Source of the DNA: Faecousia sp.
GTDB lineage: Bacteria; Bacillota; Clostridia; Oscillospirales; Oscillospiraceae
DNA length: 64,000 nt
Assembly (NCBI GenBank): GCA_045532855.1
Contig: JAZSGS010000013.1
Span: forward strand, 15,480 to 79,479
Direction of reading: 5' to 3'
Shown here: positions 40,109 to 48,900 of the stretch, piece after piece
Position numbering within the stretch: the stretch's first letter is position 1
Layout of the letters: every line of letters starts with the position of its first letter
Notes under the pieces: model-generated
What the model saw: the letters and a program-made list of their open reading frames with translations, nothing else
The model's database searches: none
Told to the model about the DNA's origin: nothing
Translations under genes and position numbers: made by a program

Positions 40109-42376
40109 TTAAAGTTTGTTACGCTGGATCTTGCCGGAGATGGTCTTGGGCAATTCGTCCCGGAATACCACGATCCGGGGATACTTGTAAGGTGCGGTGT
40201 GCTGTTTGACATAGTTCTGGATCTCTTTTTTCAGCTCCTCTGTGCCTTCCACGCCGGGAACAAGCACGATGCTGGCCTTGACCACCTGACCGCGGACCTC
40301 GTCGGGGGCAGCGGAAACGCCGCACTCCAGAACATAGGGCAGCTCCATAATGGTGGACTCGATCTCGAAGGGTCCGATCCGGTAGCCGGAGGACTTGATA
40401 ACATCGTCAGCACGACCCACATACCAGTAGTAGCCATCCTCGTCTCGCCAGGCAACATCGCCGGTGTGATACATACCGTCGTGCCATACGCTGTCGGTGG
40501 CTTCCTGGTTGCGGTAGTAGCCCAGGAATACACCGCAGGTGGGCTTGGGATCGGTGCGGATGACGATCTCGCCGTTGACACCGTCTTCCACGCTCTTGCC
40601 GTCGGAATCCACGATGTCGATGCCGTAGCCGGGAACAGGTTTGCCCATTGCGCCGGGCTTGATGTTGGCGCCGTACAGGTTGGCGATGCCCAGGGTCATC
40701 TCGGTCTGACCGAAGCCCTCGTGGATGCGAAGACCCGTAGCCTTTTCAAACTGATAGAACACCTCCGGATTCAGCGCCTCGCCGGCGGTGGTGGCATGAT
40801 GGATGGAGGAAAGGTCATACTTGCTCAGATCCTGCTTGATCAGCATCCGGTACATCGTGGGAGGTGCGCAGAAGGTAGTAATATTGTACTTGGCAAACAT
40901 AGGCAGGATCTTTTCTGCATCAAAGCGGTCAAAATCGTAGGTAAAGACCGCGCCCTCGCACAGCCACTGACCGTAGAGCTTACCCCAGAGAGCTTTGCCC
41001 CAGCCGGTTTCAGAAATGGTAAAGTGCAATCCGTCCCGCTCACATAGATGCCAGTATTTGGCGGTAACATAATGACCCAGAGCATACTTGTAGGAATGGG
41101 TAGCCATTTTGGGATAGCCGGTGGTGCCGGAGGTGAACAGCATCAGCATCGGATCGCTGCCGCAGGGAGCGTCCTCGCCACGGGTATAGCGGCGGCTGAA
41201 GAGCTTATATTCTTCGTTATAGTCGTGCCAGCCCTCCCGGCTGCCGCCGACCAGAATTTTGGTCAGATTGATGTTTGCGGTCTTCTCAGCCAGCTCGACC
41301 TGCTCGGCGGTGTTGCCGTCGGCGGTACACAGTACGGCACTGACATCGGCAGCCTGGAAGCGGTAAACAAAGTCGTGCTCCATCAGCTGATTGGTAGCGG
41401 GGATGGCGATAGCGCCCAGCTTGTGCAGACCGAGGATGGCAAACCAGAACTGGTAGTGCCGTTTCAGCACCAGCATGACCCGGTCGCCCCGTTTGATGCC
41501 CAGAGATTTGAAATAGTTTGCACTCTGAGAGGAGGCATCCTTCATATCCTTAAAGGTGAAGCGCCGTTCGGTCATATCGCCCCCAATGTGGACCATAGCC
41601 AGCTTATCCGGCTCTCTTCTTGCGATGGCATCAACGGTGTCGAACGCGAAGTTATAATTTTCTTCATCAGAGAAGGTCATACCCTGGAATACGCCGTTTT
41701 CATCCTCCTGGGCGTTGACAAAACGGTTGCACAGCAGATTCTGTTCCCGCTTGCCCTTTTGGACCTCGCTGATGTACATAGGCTGATCGGTAGCATCAGA
41801 TGCCATGATCATAGACAGGAATACGCAGTCCTCGCCGTCCACAGCGATCATACCGTGGGGGGTGGAGGATCTGTAGAAGATGGAGTCGCCCTCCCGGAGC
41901 ACTTCCTCGTGGTCGCCGATCTTGATGCGCATAGCACCCTTGACCACCAGATCAAATTCCTGACCGGTGTGGGTGGTGGTGTGGATGGGCTTATTCTGCA
42001 GCTCCTCAGAATACTGGTAGGTTACCCAGTAGGGGGTAGCCAGCTTCTTGCGGAACATAGGCGCCATATCCTGAATGGTGATGCCGTCCTCGCTGGCAGT
42101 TACCAGACCTTTGCCCCGGCGGGTAACGGTGTAGCCGCTGAGCTTTGCGCTGCGGCCTTCCAGCAGAACGGTGATCTCAATGCCAAATACCTTGGCACAT
42201 TTATGCAGGAAAGAAAAGGGAAGATCCACGGTGCCGGATTCATACTGGCGGTAAATTTCTTCCGCTACCTCCGTCTGCTCGGCCATTTTCTGTGTGCTGT
42301 AGCCCAGAATTTCCCGCATACCTCTGATACGAGTTGCGATGTCCATTAGTTGGGTAGAGGTATTTGTGTTGCTCAT
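40109..42376 (-). CDS. Second XRE-HTH/cupin-acyl-CoA synthetase fusion (Ile T-box controlled)
   Basis: Paralog of 37467-39752: HTH, THTGQE...PHGM, FTSGTTGYPK, GFGQTE, YHTGD, PKTISGK. Confidence 0.9.
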   Translation of the reverse strand: MSNTNTSTQLMDIATRIRGMREILGYSTQKMAEQTEVAEEIYRQYESGTVDLPFSFLHKCAKVFGIEITVLLEGRSAKLSGYTVTRRGKGLVTASEDGITIQDMAPMFRKKLATPYWVTYQYSEELQNKPIHTTTHTGQEFDLVVKGAMRIKIGDHEEVLREGDSIFYRSSTPHGMIAVDGEDCVFLSMIMASDATDQPMYISEVQKGKREQNLLCNRFVNAQEDENGVFQGMTFSDEENYNFAFDTVDAIARREPDKLAMVHIGGDMTERRFTFKDMKDASSQSANYFKSLGIKRGDRVMLVLKRHYQFWFAILGLHKLGAIAIPATNQLMEHDFVYRFQAADVSAVLCTADGNTAEQVELAEKTANINLTKILVGGSREGWHDYNEEYKLFSRRYTRGEDAPCGSDPMLMLFTSGTTGYPKMATHSYKYALGHYVTAKYWHLCERDGLHFTISETGWGKALWGKLYGQWLCEGAVFTYDFDRFDAEKILPMFAKYNITTFCAPPTMYRMLIKQDLSKYDLSSIHHATTAGEALNPEVFYQFEKATGLRIHEGFGQTEMTLGIANLYGANIKPGAMGKPVPGYGIDIVDSDGKSVEDGVNGEIVIRTDPKPTCGVFLGYYRNQEATDSVWHDGMYHTGDVAWRDEDGYYWYVGRADDVIKSSGYRIGPFEIESTIMELPYVLECGVSAAPDEVRGQVVKASIVLVPGVEGTEELKKEIQNYVKQHTAPYKYPRIVVFRDELPKTISGKIQRNKL

Positions 42377-42407
42377 AGGGGATCTCCTTTCTGAAACAAA
42401 TGAAAAT

Positions 42408-42656
42408 AAAAAACGCCTCAAGCCAAAGCTTGAGACGAGAATAAACCCGCGGTACCACTCAAATTGCGGCTTGCGCCGCCACTCATCAGACTCTAACAAG
42501 TCCTATCCTTTAACGCAGGCATACGGGAGAACTTACTGAAAAACCGTTCAGCTCTCCGGCTCGGAAGGGATTGGTACTTAGATCAGGCACTACCGGCTCA
42601 CACCAATCGCCGGCTCTCTGAAAGATGCTTTGATCTGACCGTCTTCGTCAAAGCTT
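42408..42656 (-). ncRNA. T-box riboswitch, Ile (AUC) specifier
   Basis: Minus strand: GCTTTGA, AGAGA, GGTGTGA, ATC-C-CTTC-C-GAGC (codon 42569-42571), TTGAGTGGTACCGCG, terminator CGTCTCAAGC...GCTTGAGGCG plus U tract. Confidence 0.92.
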
Positions 42657-42671
42657 TTTGCTATTGCACAT

Positions 42672-42700
42672 ACTATAGCATGTCCGCGAGAAAAAGTCAA
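42672..42700 (-). promoter_or_regulatory. Sigma-A promoter for the Ile T-box leader
   Basis: TTGACT-17 bp-TATAGT with extended TG. Confidence 0.7.
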
Positions 42701-42768
42701 ATGTATTTGTGCACAAAACAAAAATATTTTTCGCGCCGTTTTTTGTCTATGTTTTTCATAAAAAAATA

Positions 42769-42797
42769 TTGACAAACGGAAAGGGATATGCTTAAAT
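42769..42797 (+). promoter_or_regulatory. Sigma-A promoter for the Leu T-box leader
   Basis: TTGACA-17 bp-TTAAAT with extended TG. Confidence 0.55.
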
Positions 42798-42818
42798 GAC
42801 TACATTATAATAATAAAA

Positions 42819-43081
42819 GACGCTGAAGGAAAATCTGCCCTTTCGTATACTGCTCCAGAGAGCCGGCGGTTGGTGTGAGCCGGTGCAAAAGGAATTGGCA
42901 GTCTGATTCCCGAGTTGATCTTGTGAACGCCGTTGGCTGGTAATGAGATACGGGCGCTCCCGTTACAGAGCTAGGGCTTGCTGGAGCCCGATGAGTGATT
43001 CTCCCCTTGGGAGAATAAGCAGGGTGGTACCGCGAATTTATCAATTCGTCCCTGAGATCAGATGATCTCAGGGATTTTTTT
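42819..43081 (+). ncRNA. T-box riboswitch, Leu (CUG) specifier
   Basis: GCTGA, AGAGA, GGTGTGA, CTG-A-TTCC-C-GAG (codon 42903-42905), AGGGTGGTACCGCG (43021-43034), terminator TCCCTGAGATC...GATCTCAGGGA plus U tract. Confidence 0.9.
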
Positions 43082-43098
43082 ATGAAGGAGTGCTTATT

Positions 43099-44511
43099 AT
43101 GAGACAGATCCGAATCAGTGATATGACGATGAAGCAGGCAGCAGAAGGCTTCAGCCTGTCTTTTAAGGAAAAGATCGAGCTGGCAAAGCTGTTGGATAAG
43201 TTAGGTGTGACTGTGATCGAGTTGGAGGGCATTGAGAACCCCCGGATCGACGCGCTGCGGATCAAGTCTATTGCGGCAGCCGTAAACGGCAGTGTGGTTG
43301 CTGTTCCGGTGCAGCTGAATGCAGACAGCATTACCCAGACCTGGAACGCGCTGAAAGAGGCGAAAAAGCCCCGTCTGCAGGTCTGCGCGCCTGTCAGCTC
43401 TGTGCAGATGGAGTATCTGTTCCATAAAAAGCCGGATGCTATGCTTGCCGCCATTTCCCAAACGGTGGCGGACTGCCGTAAGGTTTGTGAAAATGTGGAA
43501 TTTATTGCCGACGATGCTACCCGCAGTGATGGCGCATTCTTGAATCAGGCCATCGCCGCTGCTGTGGAAGCCGGCGCCACCACCGTTACCCTGTGCGACA
43601 CCGCCGGCACCATGATGCCCGACGAGTTTGCTGCGTTTGTAGGCCAGGTTTGCAAGGATAATACTTGCCTGGCAAATATCAATGTGGGCGTTGCCTGTGT
43701 CGATAGCCTGGCAATGGCTGATTCCTGCGCCATCGCAGCTGTCCGGCAGGGCGCTGTGGAGGTCAAGGCGGCGGCTTACCCCATCAACACCGCAGCGTTG
43801 GCCAATGTTGCCCGCGTTATCAGCACCCGGGGCGAAAGCTTTGGCGCGACTTGCTCCGTCAATAGCACCCAGCTGAGCCGCACCGTAGAGCAGATCGCCT
43901 GGATGTGCCAGACCGGTCGGAAGAAGACCTCCCCCTTTGATAACGGCGTCCAGGACGAGGACTCCGGCGTGTATTTGACGGTTCACGATGATATTGGCGG
44001 CGTGATCAAGGCTGTGGAGCGTTTGGGTTATGACCTTTCTGAGGACGATGCTCAGAAGGTTTTCGAGGCATTTCAGAGCATCGCTGCCAAGAAGGAACGG
44101 GTGAGCGCCAAGGAGCTGGATGCCATCGTGGCGTCCGCTGCTATGCAGGTGCCCCCTACCTTTGTGCTGAAAACCTATGTGATCACCGCCGGCAACACCG
44201 TTTCTGCCACCGCTCACCTTACATTAAATAAGGATGGCGCGGCATTGGAGGGCGTCAGCATCGGCGACGGTCCTATCGACGCGGCATTTTTGGCCATTGA
44301 GCAGATCACCGGCTGCCATTACGAGCTGGACGATTTCCAGATCCAGGCGGTTACCGAAGGACGGGAGGCTATGGGCCAGACGGTGGTAAAGCTGCGTTCC
44401 GGCGGCAAGGTCTACTCCGGCAGAGGCATCTCCACCGACATTGTGGGCGCAAGTATCCACGCCTATATCAGCGCGCTGAATAAAATCGTCTACGAGGAGG
44501 AAGCGGTATGA
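43099..44511 (+). CDS. LeuA (2-isopropylmalate synthase)-like protein with degenerate active site and intact C-terminal regulatory domain
   Basis: DATRSD, CDTAG, GDGPIDA, AVTEG, GISTDIV..S..AY..ALN are LeuA-like; DTTLRDGEQ and HCHND are absent. Confidence 0.8.
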   Translation: MRQIRISDMTMKQAAEGFSLSFKEKIELAKLLDKLGVTVIELEGIENPRIDALRIKSIAAAVNGSVVAVPVQLNADSITQTWNALKEAKKPRLQVCAPVSSVQMEYLFHKKPDAMLAAISQTVADCRKVCENVEFIADDATRSDGAFLNQAIAAAVEAGATTVTLCDTAGTMMPDEFAAFVGQVCKDNTCLANINVGVACVDSLAMADSCAIAAVRQGAVEVKAAAYPINTAALANVARVISTRGESFGATCSVNSTQLSRTVEQIAWMCQTGRKKTSPFDNGVQDEDSGVYLTVHDDIGGVIKAVERLGYDLSEDDAQKVFEAFQSIAAKKERVSAKELDAIVASAAMQVPPTFVLKTYVITAGNTVSATAHLTLNKDGAALEGVSIGDGPIDAAFLAIEQITGCHYELDDFQIQAVTEGREAMGQTVVKLRSGGKVYSGRGISTDIVGASIHAYISALNKIVYEEEAV

Positions 44512-47021
44512 GACTTTCCTTTTCTACCCGGGGCTGGACAGATCTTTCCTGGGATGAAATGATGCAGACCGCCCTGGAAATGGGCTTTACCGGCATCGAG
44601 GTCTATAATCTGCCCAAATTCGATCCTATGCTGGATCGGAGCGGTCCTTTCCATAAATATCAGGCTGCGGCTACTGTGCGGCAGCTGCGGGAGAAGAAGC
44701 TGCAGATCCCTTGCTTTGACACCTCCTATGACCTTTCTCAGGACGATAGCTGCGCGCCTTACCTGCAGTCCCTGCTGGAGGTGGCCCACAACACCCAAGT
44801 GCCCTATGTGGCGGCTGTTGCGCTGAGCGATAACGAGCCCCAGGTGAATGAGAATCTGCAGAAGCTGCTGCCCCAGGCAGAAAAGCTGGGGGTAACACTG
44901 CTGCTGAAAACCAGCGGTATTTACGCCGATACCGGCAGATTGCGCAATCTTTTGAACAATTTTGCCAGCGACAATTTGGGCGCGCTGTGGGATGTACACC
45001 ACACCTACCGGGATTTCGGCGAAAGCGGCGATACCACCATTAAAAATTTGGGCAGTTATGTCTGCCACGTCCATTTGCGGGATTCTGACGATCAGGGCGC
45101 ATACCAGGTGATCGGCGAGGGAACGATGCCCATTGCCGATGTGATGCGGGCGCTGTCCTCGGTCAATTATGACGGATTCCTCTCTCTAGAGTGGAAGCCG
45201 GATTGGATGGAGGAGCTGCAGGATCGGGACATCATCTTTCCGTATTATGTAAACTATATGAGCCGGTTTGAAAGCCCCAGAAGCCAGAAGAAATCGCTGT
45301 ATTTCAACCACGATGGCTCCGGTCAGTATATCTGGAAAAAGGACGAGCTCATCGACCTGACCTTCTCTCAGGTGCTGGATCGGGTAACGGAGGAGTTCCC
45401 GGATCAGTACGCTTTCAAGTACACCACGCTGGACTATACCCGCACCTATCGGGAGTTTAAGAAGGATGTGGACGATTTTGCCCGGGCGCTGGTGTCTATG
45501 GGCATTAAGGCAGGCAGCAAGGTTGCCATCTGGGCTACCAATGTACCGGCCTGGTATATCACTTTTTGGGCCACCACCAAGATCGGCGCAGTGCTGGTAA
45601 CGGTGAATACCGCCTACAAGATCCACGAGGCGGAGTACCTGCTGCGCCAGTCCGATACCCATACTTTGGTGATGATCGAAAGCTGTCTGGACTCTGATTA
45701 CCGTGGCATTATCAACGAGCTTTGCCCTGAATTGGCAACCACCAAGGCAGGCGAGCCGCTGCACTGCAAGCGGCTGCCCTTCCTGCGCAATGTTATTACC
45801 GTGGGCTTCAAGCAGCCGGGCAGCCTGACCTTCGACGAGGCGATGGCACGCAAGGAGCTGATCAGCTCCGAGCAGGTGGCGAGAATGGCCGCTGCAGTGC
45901 GTCCCAACGACGTTTGCAATATGCAGTACACCTCCGGCACGACCGGTTTCCCGAAAGGTGTTATGTTAACCCACTACAACGTGGTCAACAACGGCAAATG
46001 TATCGGCGACCGAATGGGCTTGTCTACCGCAGACCGTATGATGATCCAGGTGCCGATGTTCCATTGCTTCGGTATGGTGCTGTCTATGACCTCGTCTATG
46101 ACCCACGGCGCAACGCTGTGTCCGCTGCCTTATTTCTCTGCCAAGTCCTCTTTGGCTTGTATCAATCAGGAGCGGATCACCTGCTTCAACGGCGTACCCA
46201 CGATGTTTATCGCTATGTTCAATCATCCGGATTACCGGAAGACGGATTTTTCCTATATGCGCACCGGCATTATGGCGGGCGCAGGCTGTCCTCCGGAGCT
46301 GATGCGCCGGGCTGCGCAGCCGGATGAGATGAATATGACCGGCATCGTCAGCGTTTACGGTCAGACGGAATCTGCCCCCGGTTCGACTATGTCCGCCTGG
46401 ACAGATCCGCTGGATGTGCGCACCGATACTGTCGGTTATGCCTTCCCCCACGTGCAGTGTAAGATCATCGATCCGGAAACCGGTCTTGAGGTTGCCGACG
46501 GCGTGAACGGCGAGTTCTGCTCTCGCGGCTATAACACGATGAAGGGCTACTATAAGATGCCCCAGGCCACCAAGGATACGGTGGATGCAGAGGGTTGGCT
46601 CCACTCCGGCGATCTGGCTTGCCGGGATAGCGCAGGAAACTACCGCATTACCGGACGGCTGAAGGATATGATCATTCGTGGCGGTGAGAACATTTACCCC
46701 AAGGAGATCGAGGAATTCATCTACACCCACCCCCAGACCAAGGATGTTCAGGTCATCGGCGTGCCGGATAAGAAGTACGGCGAGGAGATTATGGCCTGCA
46801 TCGTGCTGAAAGAGCCAGGCAGCGTAACGGTGGAGGAGATGACCGACTACATCAAGGGCAGTATGGCGCGGCATAAGGTGCCGAAGTATATTGAGTTTGT
46901 AGATGCCTTCCCCATGAATGCGGCAGGCAAGGTGCTCAAGTACAAGATGCGCGAGGATGCCGCCAAGCGGCTGGGCTTAGTCGGCGACGGCGCCGACACC
47001 GCCGGCAACCCGGGAAAGTAA
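44508..47021 (+). CDS. Xylose-isomerase-like TIM barrel fused to acyl-CoA synthetase
   Basis: N-terminal GFTGIE, LWDVHH, HVHLRD, GEG, SLEW; C-terminal YTSGTTGFPKG, FHCFG, YGQTE, LHSGD, IIRGGENIYP, GKVLK; ATGA overlap with the upstream gene. Confidence 0.88.
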   Translation: MRLSFSTRGWTDLSWDEMMQTALEMGFTGIEVYNLPKFDPMLDRSGPFHKYQAAATVRQLREKKLQIPCFDTSYDLSQDDSCAPYLQSLLEVAHNTQVPYVAAVALSDNEPQVNENLQKLLPQAEKLGVTLLLKTSGIYADTGRLRNLLNNFASDNLGALWDVHHTYRDFGESGDTTIKNLGSYVCHVHLRDSDDQGAYQVIGEGTMPIADVMRALSSVNYDGFLSLEWKPDWMEELQDRDIIFPYYVNYMSRFESPRSQKKSLYFNHDGSGQYIWKKDELIDLTFSQVLDRVTEEFPDQYAFKYTTLDYTRTYREFKKDVDDFARALVSMGIKAGSKVAIWATNVPAWYITFWATTKIGAVLVTVNTAYKIHEAEYLLRQSDTHTLVMIESCLDSDYRGIINELCPELATTKAGEPLHCKRLPFLRNVITVGFKQPGSLTFDEAMARKELISSEQVARMAAAVRPNDVCNMQYTSGTTGFPKGVMLTHYNVVNNGKCIGDRMGLSTADRMMIQVPMFHCFGMVLSMTSSMTHGATLCPLPYFSAKSSLACINQERITCFNGVPTMFIAMFNHPDYRKTDFSYMRTGIMAGAGCPPELMRRAAQPDEMNMTGIVSVYGQTESAPGSTMSAWTDPLDVRTDTVGYAFPHVQCKIIDPETGLEVADGVNGEFCSRGYNTMKGYYKMPQATKDTVDAEGWLHSGDLACRDSAGNYRITGRLKDMIIRGGENIYPKEIEEFIYTHPQTKDVQVIGVPDKKYGEEIMACIVLKEPGSVTVEEMTDYIKGSMARHKVPKYIEFVDAFPMNAAGKVLKYKMREDAAKRLGLVGDGADTAGNPGK

Positions 47022-47023
47022 AT

Positions 47024-47055
47024 AAAAAAAGGATGCGCCTAGCGCATCCTTTTTT
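47024..47055. terminator. Bidirectional terminator
   Basis: AAAAAAAGGATGCGC-CTA-GCGCATCCTTTTTT. Confidence 0.8.
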
Positions 47056-47171
47056 CTTGCCTCCCTCTTTGAGGGAGGTGGCAAAAATCTTTGATTTTTG
47101 ACGGAGGGAGTTAAACTCCCCCAGTCTTTTTGCGTTGCAAAAAGACAGCCCCCTCAAAGAGGGGGCCGAGG
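47056..47171 (+). repeat. Repeat family A, copy 5
   Basis: CTTGCCTCCCTCTTTGAGGGAGGTGG...GACAGCCCCCTCAAAGAGGGGGCCGAGG. Confidence 0.9.
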
Positions 47172-47185
47172 TGTGTCCTGTGATT

Positions 47186-48403
47186 TTACCGAATTCCGTA
47201 CTTTTCGATGATATAGTCCATATCCTTATCGCCTCTGCCGGAGAGGTTGATGAGGACAGAGCCCTTGCCCAGCTTCTTGGCAAGCTTCATACCGTAGGCG
47301 ACGGCGTGGGCGCTTTCGATGGCGGGGATGATACCCTCCAGACGAGCCAGTTCATAGAAAGCGTCGATGGTCTCGTCGTCGTTGATCACATCATACTTGA
47401 CCCGGCCGCAATCCCGCAGGAATGCGTGCTCCGGACCGGAGGAGGGGTAGTCAAGACCGCTGGCAACGGAGTAAACGGGCGCAGGATCGCCGTTTTCGTC
47501 CTTCAGCATCACGCTGTTAAAGCCGTGCATAACACCCTCGGTGCCGTACTGCAGGCTGGCGGCGTGGTCGCCCAAAGCTGTGCCGCGTCCCAGAGGCTCA
47601 ATGCCGTAAATATCCACAGGATCGTTCAGGAAACCGGAGAAGAAGCCGGCGGCATTGGAGCCACCGCCAACACAGGCCACGATGGCATCCGGCAGATGAC
47701 CGGTCATATCCAGGAATTGTGCCCGAGCCTCTTCGCCCACCACATGCTGGAAGTCCCGAACCATCATGGGGAAGGGGTGAGGGCCGACTACAGATCCGAT
47801 GCAGTAAATGCAGTCCTTATATTCCTTGGCATAGGCGGCGAAGGCGGCATCCACAGCTTCCTTCAGGGTCTGCTGTCCCTCGGTAACCTCTACCACATTG
47901 GCACCCAGGATCTTCATTCGCGCCACATTGGGGGCTTGCTTTTTGATGTCCTCTGCACCCATATAGATATCGCATTCCAGACCGAAATAGGCGGCAGCGG
48001 TTGCCATTGCAACACCGTGCTGACCTGCGCCGGTCTCGGCGATGACCTTCTTTTTACCCATGTATTTCGCCAGCAGAACTTCGCCCATACAGTGATTCAG
48101 CTTGTGGGCGCCGGTATGGTTTAAGTCCTCCCGCTTGACATACAGCTGCACATTGCCCAGCTTGTTGGACAGCCGCTCCAGATGGGATACCGGGGTAGGA
48201 CGGCCCTGGAACTCCTTGCGGATACGGCGCAGCTCGGCGATGAATTTCCGGGATTGAGCGATGGTAAAATATGCCTCGCTGATTTCCGCCATAGCGGCCT
48301 TCAGCTCGTCGCTGACATATACGCCGCCGTAACGGCCGAAATAGCCCTTATCATCGGGATAATGGCGGAAATAGGTTTCAAAATCCACATTGTTCAGAAT
48401 CAT
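47186..48403 (-). CDS. trpB: Tryptophan synthase beta chain (stand-alone)
   Basis: [40 protein letters not shown]. Confidence 0.95.
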   Translation of the reverse strand: MILNNVDFETYFRHYPDDKGYFGRYGGVYVSDELKAAMAEISEAYFTIAQSRKFIAELRRIRKEFQGRPTPVSHLERLSNKLGNVQLYVKREDLNHTGAHKLNHCMGEVLLAKYMGKKKVIAETGAGQHGVAMATAAAYFGLECDIYMGAEDIKKQAPNVARMKILGANVVEVTEGQQTLKEAVDAAFAAYAKEYKDCIYCIGSVVGPHPFPMMVRDFQHVVGEEARAQFLDMTGHLPDAIVACVGGGSNAAGFFSGFLNDPVDIYGIEPLGRGTALGDHAASLQYGTEGVMHGFNSVMLKDENGDPAPVYSVASGLDYPSSGPEHAFLRDCGRVKYDVINDDETIDAFYELARLEGIIPAIESAHAVAYGMKLAKKLGKGSVLINLSGRGDKDMDYIIEKYGIR

Positions 48404-48423
48404 AATATGTACCTCCTAAAAAT

Positions 48424-48685
48424 GAAAAGCCCTTGACAGAATACTGTCAAGGGCGAATTTATATCCGCGGTGCCACCTTGATTCATAGGAAGATCCTATG
48501 CGCTTGACGGGATACCGATATATCCCCGGCAACTGACGCATGCCCACGCGTTGCAGAATACTCTGTGAAGATTCACATTTGACTGCACCCTCAGCGGCCC
48601 ATTTGACAACTTGTTTCCTGCCTGACTCTCAGCACCACAGACTCTCTGTATGGGCATCATTGCCTTTATCCCCGCCTCAACGGTT
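48424..48685 (-). ncRNA. T-box riboswitch, Trp (UGG) specifier
   Basis: Minus strand: AGAGA, GCTGAGA, TGG-G-CCGC-T-GAGG (codon 48599-48601), AAGGTGGCACCGCG (C suits a G discriminator), terminator GCCCTTGACAG...CTGTCAAGGGC. Confidence 0.92.
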
Positions 48686-48703
48686 TGCTATGAAATTAAA
48701 TGT

Positions 48704-48732
48704 ATTATAGTATACGGACACTTGTTTGTCAA
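48704..48732 (-). promoter_or_regulatory. Sigma-A promoter for the trpB leader
   Basis: TTGACA-17 bp-TATAAT. Confidence 0.85.
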
Positions 48733-48783
48733 GTGCTTACAAAAGAAACATTTTGTGCGTTTTTTACAATGCCGGAGGGGGTT

Positions 48784-48867
48784 ATGAATAGAAAACCATA
48801 AAATATACAAAAAAGATGAATATTTATGAAAATATCTATTGACAACCATAATTAATAGATGTATAAT
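48784..48867 (+). promoter_or_regulatory. argG promoter with possible ARG boxes
   Basis: TTGACA (48839-48844)-17 bp-TATAAT (48862-48867); ATGAATAGAAAACCAT and ATGAATATTTATGAA upstream resemble ArgR boxes. Confidence 0.65.
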
Positions 48868-48900
48868 CCGGGTAAACCAATGAATACACGGAGGCATACC

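Noticed and set aside
43099-44511. Calling this gene functional leuA or a pseudogene
   Set aside because: Catalytic and metal motifs are missing and no leuBCD is nearby, yet the ORF, RBS, regulatory domain and coupling to the next gene are intact
7010-47171. Repeats as a CRISPR array or IS ends
   Set aside because: Copies are dispersed singly with no repeat-spacer periodicity, and there is no cas or transposase gene in the window
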